A stretch of 34,070 bases of DNA from Trichomonas gallinae (taxonomy: Eukaryota), in assembly GCA_008369845.1 (NCBI GenBank), contig MRSU01000921.1, forward strand, positions 1-34,070, read 5' to 3'. The notes beneath the pieces were generated by a model. The model saw nothing but the letters and a program-made list of their open reading frames with translations. It had not been told where the DNA came from and did not search any database. The translations under genes were made by a program, and so were the position numbers. The first letter of the stretch is position 1; every line of letters begins with the position of its first letter. This document shows positions 9,546 through 18,192 of this stretch, piece after piece.

Positions 9546-10895
9546 TTAATCATCAAAAAGATGATGAGTATTGATAAGAAGCAAAGACTTGTAATCTATT
9601 TGATCATTATAGTTCATTGTTAAGTCATCAAAGTCATCCGCAAATTCTTTACGGAATTTTCCACAAAGCATGTTGTAGAAATCTGTATTTGCGCTGGAAA
9701 TATTGAAAAGAGTTAATAATGAATCTAATGCGATTGATATTGACTCCTCTGTTGCAAATTCAAATGCATAGCGATAAATATCAAAAATTAGTATATTTGG
9801 TGTAATATCTGTTTGAAGTCTGTGTAAAGTAGTGTTATTGATCATCTGCATTATAATCAATGTGAAGTTATATCTTATTTCAACAGGTTTGTCTGCAATT
9901 TCCTTAAAAATCTTCTTAAATAATCCCGCATGCCAAAATGCTTCGCAAACATCAACTCTTTTTCCGCAATAATACGCTAAATAAGCAGCTGCTGCAATTG
10001 CATTATTGTCTTTGTACTCAAACATGCCCCTTACAGCAGCTCCAAAACGTGGAGTGAGCAAATTTCCATAATACTTAACAATATCCATCAACAAGTGATA
10101 TGATTCTATTTGTATATCTGATTCTTCATCAATGAAATTGTAGATATCTATTAAACCATCTTCAACAAGGAACTTTTCTAATGGAAAATTATTTGGATCT
10201 TTATTTAATAGTTTTGCAATGTATTTGACGGATTTTGCTATGAACATATCATTGACACTACTTCTAATCATGTTCATAAGGAATGCTATCACTTTTTTCG
10301 GTAAAATATCAATTGGATTTGTAACTATTATGTAATCAATAAATTTCATTATTCCGTTATCAATATATTCTGTATTTGTATTCTTTGCTAATTTGAAAAA
10401 TTTCAAAAAGTTCATATTTTGAATGATATGATCAATAAGTTCAGTATTATTTGATTTTGTTACTATTATACCAAAAATTGAGATCAAATATATCGATGTA
10501 TTACTTTCATCATTGAATTTGTTAAATATTGTATTAATAAATTCTGGATCTTCGAAATCATTTTGTATTTGTGGATAGCGAATGTATAATTTTTCAATTA
10601 CATTGCATGCTGCTAAAGCTGATGCTATATTTGGCATAAAAATTGCATGTTTCAACATTTCAATTAAATGAGAATCAATAAAGAAATTCAAATGTCGATC
10701 TTGTAGTTGATCAATCAATGGAACTAATTCTAACATAAACTTTTTCGCAACTAAAATCATTTTTTTCCTGAGATTTAATTTGATATTTTCGATTAAATAA
10801 ATCAATCTCTCATCTTTATCCATTCCTTCATTCTCATTTTGATCCACTATAACAGGCCCGTGTGTACATGTAGGTTCTTTAAACTCATCAAGCAT
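9546..10895 (-). CDS. Hypothetical alpha-helical (ARM-like) protein
   Basis: Long ORF (469 aa from ATG 10955) with amphipathic helical segments (AIAAAAYLAYY, FWHAGLFKKIF, SISIALDSLLTL). ATG 10895 (MLDEFKEP) is preferred because promoter-like CCCCT words lie between the two ATGs. Stop TAAA. Confidence 0.65.
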   Translation of the reverse strand: MLDEFKEPTCTHGPVIVDQNENEGMDKDERLIYLIENIKLNLRKKMILVAKKFMLELVPLIDQLQDRHLNFFIDSHLIEMLKHAIFMPNIASALAACNVIEKLYIRYPQIQNDFEDPEFINTIFNKFNDESNTSIYLISIFGIIVTKSNNTELIDHIIQNMNFLKFFKLAKNTNTEYIDNGIMKFIDYIIVTNPIDILPKKVIAFLMNMIRSSVNDMFIAKSVKYIAKLLNKDPNNFPLEKFLVEDGLIDIYNFIDEESDIQIESYHLLMDIVKYYGNLLTPRFGAAVRGMFEYKDNNAIAAAAYLAYYCGKRVDVCEAFWHAGLFKKIFKEIADKPVEIRYNFTLIIMQMINNTTLHRLQTDITPNILIFDIYRYAFEFATEESISIALDSLLTLFNISSANTDFYNMLCGKFRKEFADDFDDLTMNYNDQIDYKSLLLINTHHLFDD

Positions 10896-11343
10896 AAGGC
10901 AAAAAAATATATAACACCCCTGTTTAATAAAATTTGCCCCTAGCATTGCATTCATAAAATAGAAATGGAATATTACAAATATATAATCATAAATTACCGA
11001 TATATTTGATTAAAACAAAGATAATAGAGCTAACTATACCTGAAAACATCGAAAATCTTATTTCTGACAAAATTAAATATACATGTCAAAATTTTTTTTA
11101 TATTTATAGATAAGCATTTTAGTTGATTTACAAAGATTTCGCTGCTACTCATTCAATATTAGTTATCTATATTCAAAACGCAGGCATTGAGCAGCCTGCT
11201 ATAGCATAATCAACTACTTTGTAACTGAAGCGATGTTATTTTAAGTGCTCAATATATGAGCGGGGAAAAACTGCAATTGTCACTTTTATCATTCTGACAT
11301 GTAAAGATGAAATTTGGCATGTTAAGTCAAAAGTAACAACACT

Positions 11344-11880
11344 ATGATAGAAAAAGAGCCTGATTGGCTCGGCCCTCGAGTGTTCTTTGATGTATCAATA
11401 GCCGGAAGTTTGATTGGGAGGGTGAAAATTGAATTAAGACCGGATATTTGTCCACTTGCGGCAGAAAATTTTCGACAATTTTGTACAGGACAGCACAGAC
11501 CAAAAGGAACACCTATGGGGTACAAAGATACAACTTTTCATCGCGTTGTACCTGGTTTTATTGTCCAAGGAGGCGATTGTGATTCAAGGGATGGCTACGG
11601 ATGCGTATCCATTTATGGAAGAGAGTTCGATGATGAACCATCGGCATATACGTTCGATGAGCCAGGAATTGTCGCAATGGCGAACTCCGGTCCGAATTCA
11701 AATGGATGTCAGTTCTTTATTACGCTAAATCCTGCTCAAGAACTTAATGGTAGTTACGTAGTTGTTGGAAAAGTTATTGAAGGTATGTTGGCGCTTAGAC
11801 ATGTCGAAAGTGTGCCATTAAAACCACATAGTGAAACACCATCTCTGGAATGTGTCATATCTGAGTGTGGTGAACTATAA
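11344..11880 (+). CDS. PPIH: Cyclophilin-type PPIase, cyclophilin H (U4/U6 snRNP)-like
   Basis: RVFFDVSI, AENFRQFCTG followed by the PPIH-type insert HRPKGTPMGYK, FHRVVPGFIVQGGD, MANSGPNSNGCQFFIT. Confidence 0.85.
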   Translation: MIEKEPDWLGPRVFFDVSIAGSLIGRVKIELRPDICPLAAENFRQFCTGQHRPKGTPMGYKDTTFHRVVPGFIVQGGDCDSRDGYGCVSIYGREFDDEPSAYTFDEPGIVAMANSGPNSNGCQFFITLNPAQELNGSYVVVGKVIEGMLALRHVESVPLKPHSETPSLECVISECGEL

Positions 11881-12460
11881 TTGTTTGTATTTAGATATGA
11901 TTGTGTTCAATATTTTATATTTAATCATAAGATGAGAAATACTTAAATAAGTGTCATCATGCTTTAATAATCTTAGCAAATAGGCAGTAATTCATTAATT
12001 TTCATCGAGTCTTACACATAATTATTTTTATCTATGATCAAAAATGAGATGAAGACTCATGCATGATATTATTGAATCAGTATTCTCGCTGAAAGCATTG
12101 AATTTTTTTATACAATTATAAAGATACTAAGAATTTGAATATTGAATTGAATTATTTAGTGTATAATAATAACTCTCTTGAAATTTTATCACACAGCGAG
12201 ATATAGTTATATGTATAAAAACTAATATATTATGAATCAACGAATATCTTGCGTGATTCATAAGATATGTCATTTTCAATATATATAGACACTATAATAC
12301 ATTAAATTAAAACTATTTCTATTTAACAAAAAGCTAAATCTTATCTGTTATAGACTATTGCTTATACTAATTTTTGACATGTAAATAATATTACGGTTTT
12401 TGTAAATATAAATATTAAATTAGGGGTGAATAGGTGTTACACCCTCTTTAAATCAGAAAA

Positions 12461-14155
12461 ATGAGTAATTATGCAATTCTTCCTGAGCAATTAGATAGAT
12501 TACTCACTGCAAAGAAGTATCTTGAAGCTCTGAAGTTTTGCCAGGCAGAGAAGATTGATACGTCTATAGTTACAAAAGCTGCACAAGAATGTGCTAATTC
12601 TGCTCATTCTTTCTTCGAAAACCGTGAATATGAAACATCAATACGCCTTTACATGTGTACTATTGGATTTACTGATCCTTCCATTGTATTATGGCACTTT
12701 AATGCGCCACATCTTTCAATTCACTTAACAAACTACTTAATTGAGCTTCACAAAGCAGGATATGCCAATAAATCGCATACTGGCTTGCTGTTTCTGTTAT
12801 TCCGAAATCATGATGCTAAATCTAAACTTGAAGATTTTATTTCAATGTTAAGAGAAGCTAAAGCAAATTCACAAAATCCAGAATCAAATCCATTATTACA
12901 GAATTTCGATGCCGGTGCTGCCATTGATTCACTGCTAACTAACGAAATGGACGAAGAAGCGCTTGAAATTGCAAGAATTATTGAGTCTCCACAGCATATA
13001 GTATCGCTACTCATCACATATAAGAAAGATTATCTCGGTGCCGCAAAAATATTACAAAACTCAGTGAATTCAGACATGGGAAGAAAAATGTTGATGGATT
13101 TCGGTCCAATATTATTAAAGAATGATGAAAAGACACATGAAATAGTTACTGAAGTTGCCAAGAAGATCTGGTTATCACCAAAACGAGGAAATAACGAAGA
13201 TTATCTTAAATTGTATCAATCTCAGCCAGAATGTTGTTTCAAGTTCCTAAAATCTATTGTTGGGCAGCCATTGCCAGCTGTTTTCGGAACAACACTAATT
13301 GCAATGGTTATTCCTAAAAAAGGCGAAATTAAATCAAACTTTTTTGGACAGCCGAAAATAGCCACAGAACATCTTGCATGCGAATATATCAAGAATGATG
13401 ACATCAAATACGATCCAGATTTCTTATTAAGAGTTTGCGAAGAATCTAAATTTACAAAAGGCATGATTTTAATATTAGAAAAGCAGGGAAGACTGCATGA
13501 CATTACTACATTCTTAATTAGTAACAATGAGAGCCAGCATTTGAGAGAATGGTGCATCAATTCTCCACATATACCAGACGAAGACTGGGTTGAAATCTTC
13601 CAATATTTCTCGCAGCCTGAAGGCTGGAACAACCTGATTCAGTCGCAGGAAGGCTTAGATTTCATGAAAAAAGTAATTGAAAATGCATCAAGAACGATGC
13701 CATTGGCTGTTTTAGTCAAAAACCTGTCTAAAAACCAAACACCTCTTGATCTAGTAAGGAAGGAGCTGATCAACGAATACGAAAAAATACAAAACGGAAT
13801 CGAAATCGAAAAATCTAAAAACGAGAAGCTCAGAGAAGAATTACTAGAGATAGATAGGAAGCTGCTCGACTTGGAGGAGAAGGACGTGCAGTTCGACCCA
13901 CTGGCAGGATGCAGCTGGTGCGAGCAGAGACTCGACAAAAACTTCATCGCTTTCATGTGCAATCACATGGTACACGACAAGTGCGCGAAAATGAAGGACG
14001 GGGAGTACTACTGCCCGATATGCGGATACTGCGACTCGCCTGAGCTTCCTCCGCAGCCTGACTCCGGAAAGAACTTTACTATAGATACATCGAAGCACGA
14101 TTTGCTTGATCAGGTCGTCGGAATGATCAGTTCTGGCTTCCTTGACCAGAAGTAA
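12461..14155 (+). CDS. VPS11: Vps11-like HOPS/CORVET subunit (alpha-solenoid, coiled coil, RING), lacking the N-terminal beta-propeller
   Basis: YMCTIGFTDPSIVL...LTNYLIELHKAGYANKSHTGLLF matches the Vps11 signature region; a coiled coil precedes the C-terminal RING CSWC...FMCNHMVHDKC...CPIC. Confidence 0.75.
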   Translation: MSNYAILPEQLDRLLTAKKYLEALKFCQAEKIDTSIVTKAAQECANSAHSFFENREYETSIRLYMCTIGFTDPSIVLWHFNAPHLSIHLTNYLIELHKAGYANKSHTGLLFLLFRNHDAKSKLEDFISMLREAKANSQNPESNPLLQNFDAGAAIDSLLTNEMDEEALEIARIIESPQHIVSLLITYKKDYLGAAKILQNSVNSDMGRKMLMDFGPILLKNDEKTHEIVTEVAKKIWLSPKRGNNEDYLKLYQSQPECCFKFLKSIVGQPLPAVFGTTLIAMVIPKKGEIKSNFFGQPKIATEHLACEYIKNDDIKYDPDFLLRVCEESKFTKGMILILEKQGRLHDITTFLISNNESQHLREWCINSPHIPDEDWVEIFQYFSQPEGWNNLIQSQEGLDFMKKVIENASRTMPLAVLVKNLSKNQTPLDLVRKELINEYEKIQNGIEIEKSKNEKLREELLEIDRKLLDLEEKDVQFDPLAGCSWCEQRLDKNFIAFMCNHMVHDKCAKMKDGEYYCPICGYCDSPELPPQPDSGKNFTIDTSKHDLLDQVVGMISSGFLDQK

Positions 14156-14285
14156 CTTATTTCTTTTTTGTTTATATAAAATATATATCTTTGTTTGAGG
14201 AAAATACGTATATTGGAAAACTTTCACAGCAAAGTCTATATATCGAAGATTGTGAATTTTCGCAACTTTTATTTATCATCTTGAT

Positions 14286-14444
14286 GTGAACCAAAATTAA
14301 TAATAATAAAATATGAACCTACAGCAAGAAATGCAGTTTATTCTGGCATCAATAACAACTAGCTCTGAAAACAATTCATTGAGATATAGATATATGGTGA
14401 AAAATGATAAAGTGCTACAACAAGTAATTCGAGAAAATATTTGA
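14286..14444 (+). pseudogene. Partial duplicate of the 5' end of the downstream importin-beta-like gene (43-aa ORF at 14313-14444)
   Basis: GTGAACCAAAATTAATAA...ATGAACCTACAGCAAGAAATGCAGTTTATTCTGGCATCAATAACAACTAGCTCTGAA aligns with 14781-14860; translation MNLQQEMQFILASITTSSE versus MDPQQVTQLILASITTSSE. Confidence 0.75.
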
Positions 14445-14803
14445 CAACCTTGGCTGGCAGATTTGAATGTTTCCTAACCGTTAAATAGACAAGTACAGTA
14501 CCATTACCTTGCAGGTATACGCATCTCTATTGTATCTGTACTTATTGAACCTGTTTGCTAATATAGATACTAATATAGATATTTTGAATAAAATCAAATG
14601 ATTTGTAATGTAAATCATTATTTTGTCACGTAAAATAATATTTTTGACTGATTTAACCCCTTTTTATTTGTTTTACCCCCTCAATAAATTGAATGAATGA
14701 TGACCCCTGAATAATAATTTTGAGAAGGATAAAGACCCTAAAATTTCCAAAATCTTTTGCACTTTTTTTGTCTTTTTTCTGTGGACCAAAGTTAATAAAA
14801 AAA

Positions 14804-17767
14804 ATGGACCCACAGCAAGTAACGCAGTTAATTTTAGCATCAATAACAACTAGTTCTGAAGAAATAACTAATTCACTGAACGATTTTCTTACAGATCAGT
14901 CAGCTCCGTTTGTTTTATTAAATATTCTCAATCAAAATCCAACAAATCAGCTAAAGCATGCCGCATTCACTTATTTGTACAAATCAATGAAGAACATCAT
15001 CCTTTACGTTTCCGAAGAGTCACAAATCGAAATCCAAAATCAACTTCTCGCAATTATTCACAATCATTTCGAACCAGACACATACGAACTCATTGCTGAT
15101 AACGTGTCTTATCTCTACGAGCATGATTTTCATCAATATCCTGGATTATTAGAATTTATTCGTGATCAAATAAATATTCCAGAACGCCACTACTTCGGGT
15201 TATACCTCCTCGCGTCTGTTATTCGCTACATGAAAGCGGAGCTCTGCGAAGAACTTGGAGATTATTTGATGGAAATTTCATTAGCAGCAATGAATGAGCA
15301 AGATATCGCAGCAAATTATCTTGGTTTCCACGTTTTCGTTGTTTTGGTTGAGAAAATTTCTCATACAACAGAAGTTTTACAACATTCAGCAAATCATTTC
15401 CAAAGAATCCTCGAACTCACCCACATAGTATCGCAAACTGTAAAGCAGGAGACATTCAAGTTCTGGGCGGACGTTGAATCACTTTTAAAGACTACATACG
15501 ACTTTGAAGATGAATTTACATTTTCACTTATAGAGAAAGCAATTGAAATCGCTTCGAGCGAACAAATACCAACAAATTTACGCAGCACATGCCTAGAGAC
15601 TGTTTTTGTCGTTTCCCCAATTCCAGTTCCGATTTTGCAAAATACAATTAACGCAGCTTTCACTCTTTGTGCAGCATTGATGGCTGAAGACCATGCTGTC
15701 CAAGAAGAGCGCATTGCCATCATCGAAAAAGCAATGTTTGAATATCCATGCGAAGAAATTTTCAGCTACATAAGTGGTTTAGTTGATAGTTCTCTTGAAT
15801 CGGAGTCAGAAGAACTGCAGGCTACCGCTTTGCTTGTTTACAGAGCCATGTTAACAGGAGCTCCTGATTTCGCGCTGAAGAATATTGAAAAAATCATCAA
15901 AGTATTAGAAACAGCAATCACATCTAGCTCAGAGGCCCTCGTTCAGGCTGCATGCATTGTGTTATCGCATTTCGACGAAGGATTCAAATCACTCAAATGC
16001 CATTCTACGCAATTCCTTGAGCCACTCCTTCCCCTTCTCATCTGTGAGAGTCCTGATATGCGTGTTCAGGCTTATTCGGCTATTAAGTCAATTTTGGATA
16101 CAATGGATACTCCAATTGAAGGATTGTTCAATCAAATGATCGAAATATTGCCAAATATTGAAGATGACAACTTATCTGACTACATAGAGACACTTGCTTT
16201 GGCAATTCCAAACACAGAAGGATTTGACGATGATTGCGCTGACGCAGTTATTGGATTGATCCAGAAAGTATCTGAAACAGACTCACTTGACCACAAGGCT
16301 TCATGCTTCGACTTAGGTCTTCAACTCATCAAGGTCGATGATGCGCAAATTGACACACTCAACGAGATGCTCATGCCAATCGTCACAGACTGCATCATGA
16401 CAGCTCATCAAGCTATAGGCGACCCAGAAAATCCAGAAACAATGGATGTGTCATTATTAAACGACGCGATTTCTGCAATCGACTACATCGGAGGATTATC
16501 TGCCTTTCTTAAGGATTCTATCTGCGAAAGTATCCAAGAATACATTGAGCCAATGATTTCTTTCATCGCGCAAATCCCTCAGAACAAGATCTTCAACAGG
16601 CTCTACAAGTCATCTCTTCGCGCTCTTGCAAGAATTACCAAGCATTGCGAGAGTTTGCAAGGGTCTGTCTTCCCGCACGTTTTCGAAGGAGTCAAGGCAA
16701 CAATTGTCCACGACAAGCCATCAATGCAGAAGACAGCTATAGAGGCTGCCAGAAAGATCAGATTTTTAATGACTCCGGAAGACAGATTCAGCTTCTATGA
16801 GAAAGTTTTGAATTTGATCAAAGAAGAGCCGAAAATGTTGTTATTCATCAGAGACTGCTTCGACGCAGCTTCCAAATTCATACAAATGGCCGAAGAACAG
16901 ACACCAAACTATATCGCATTAGGCAATGAAGTTGTTGTTTCTGTTATGACAACGCAGATATCTTTCCTCAACGAAAAACCTTTGATCGAATCAGGCGCAG
17001 CCACTTTTGTTTTCACTTCATTTTGCACTTTTTGCGCAAACCTCCTCGAACTCTCCAGCGAGATTTCTAACGACATCGTCGCCTACTTGCTCCAGTGGTA
17101 CGCGAAGGATGATGAGCTCGCTCACTTCGAAGTCTCAAAGGCTTTCATTGCTACGTTAAAGTCAACTGCAGTTTCTCCAGAAGTCACTGAGCAGATTTTG
17201 ACAGCTGTCTCTAATGATATTGCAAACGCATCTGAGCCGAGCCTGCAACAGAACATTGTCTATTTCTTGAATCTTCTTGTCCAGAAGCATGAAAACATGG
17301 TTGACTCGGTTCTTTCGTTTATCCAGCCGATAAATCAGTGGTATTTGAATGCTAAGCAGGAGAAATTCGGCTACCAAGACCTCCTTGCTAACATTGGCTC
17401 ACTTTACCTCACACTTGCAGTGAGAAGACAGCTCGAAGACATGTACATCAACGCCGCGCTTGAAGAATATCCGCCGTACGATACATCAGAGGCAGTCACA
17501 ATGTCTCAGAACATCATCCTTCTCGCAAAGGCCAACAATCTTAATGGTCCTCTCGCTGAGCAGGCAGCGCTCGCAATTGCAAGGTTCATCGTCTGGGATG
17601 ATGACAAAGTCGAGAAGGCTGATATTGACGAGCAGACAAAGAACGCCCTTATCATTTTATTGAAGGCGATTGTCGGAAAGAATCCAGCAATTTTGCAGAC
17701 ACTCGAAAGATTGTACTCAAAGATGAGACAAAAGTTTAGAAAGATTTCTGCAATTCTTTCAAAATAG
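14804..17767 (+). CDS. Importin-beta/karyopherin-like HEAT-repeat protein
   Basis: About 990-aa acidic helical ORF with an IBN_N-like start (LLNILNQNPTNQLKHAAFTYL) and HEAT repeats (SEALVQAACIVL, LLPLLICESPDMRVQAYSAI). First ATG is 14804 (track opens at TTG 14720). Confidence 0.75.
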   Translation: MDPQQVTQLILASITTSSEEITNSLNDFLTDQSAPFVLLNILNQNPTNQLKHAAFTYLYKSMKNIILYVSEESQIEIQNQLLAIIHNHFEPDTYELIADNVSYLYEHDFHQYPGLLEFIRDQINIPERHYFGLYLLASVIRYMKAELCEELGDYLMEISLAAMNEQDIAANYLGFHVFVVLVEKISHTTEVLQHSANHFQRILELTHIVSQTVKQETFKFWADVESLLKTTYDFEDEFTFSLIEKAIEIASSEQIPTNLRSTCLETVFVVSPIPVPILQNTINAAFTLCAALMAEDHAVQEERIAIIEKAMFEYPCEEIFSYISGLVDSSLESESEELQATALLVYRAMLTGAPDFALKNIEKIIKVLETAITSSSEALVQAACIVLSHFDEGFKSLKCHSTQFLEPLLPLLICESPDMRVQAYSAIKSILDTMDTPIEGLFNQMIEILPNIEDDNLSDYIETLALAIPNTEGFDDDCADAVIGLIQKVSETDSLDHKASCFDLGLQLIKVDDAQIDTLNEMLMPIVTDCIMTAHQAIGDPENPETMDVSLLNDAISAIDYIGGLSAFLKDSICESIQEYIEPMISFIAQIPQNKIFNRLYKSSLRALARITKHCESLQGSVFPHVFEGVKATIVHDKPSMQKTAIEAARKIRFLMTPEDRFSFYEKVLNLIKEEPKMLLFIRDCFDAASKFIQMAEEQTPNYIALGNEVVVSVMTTQISFLNEKPLIESGAATFVFTSFCTFCANLLELSSEISNDIVAYLLQWYAKDDELAHFEVSKAFIATLKSTAVSPEVTEQILTAVSNDIANASEPSLQQNIVYFLNLLVQKHENMVDSVLSFIQPINQWYLNAKQEKFGYQDLLANIGSLYLTLAVRRQLEDMYINAALEEYPPYDTSEAVTMSQNIILLAKANNLNGPLAEQAALAIARFIVWDDDKVEKADIDEQTKNALIILLKAIVGKNPAILQTLERLYSKMRQKFRKISAILSK

Positions 17768-18192
17768 AGATTATTATTAATGTTTTAGAGTAAACTTGTA
17801 TCACTATTTATTTATATTACTCTGTATTTCAATATTTTAGATAAATAACAAACAAATCCAACTACAAATACCATCTAGCAGGGAAACTTTAGTCGACTTA
17901 GAAAATTAGCATCAAATTTGACATTTATATAAATCTCAAATCCAAACTAGTTGTAATCAAATGGTCCCTATTTTGAGATGCTGAGAGTTACAAACAATAA
18001 AATGTTTTCTATTATTCGAGTCATCATAGAAACGTAAACAGCATCTTTTTTTTATATTTAAAGATTTTATAAAATCAAAAATATCGCATTTGATTTATTA
18101 TGAGAATGATATATTACATTAACTATGACTTTATACATAAATATATATGCTTATATCACCTATAAATACAATAATTTAATAAGAAAATAAAA

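Noticed and set aside
9320..9556. 78-aa minus-strand ORF downstream of the ARM-like gene
   Set aside because: AT-rich 3' spacer with Ile/Tyr/Asn-biased translation; the upstream gene already ends in a TAAA signal.
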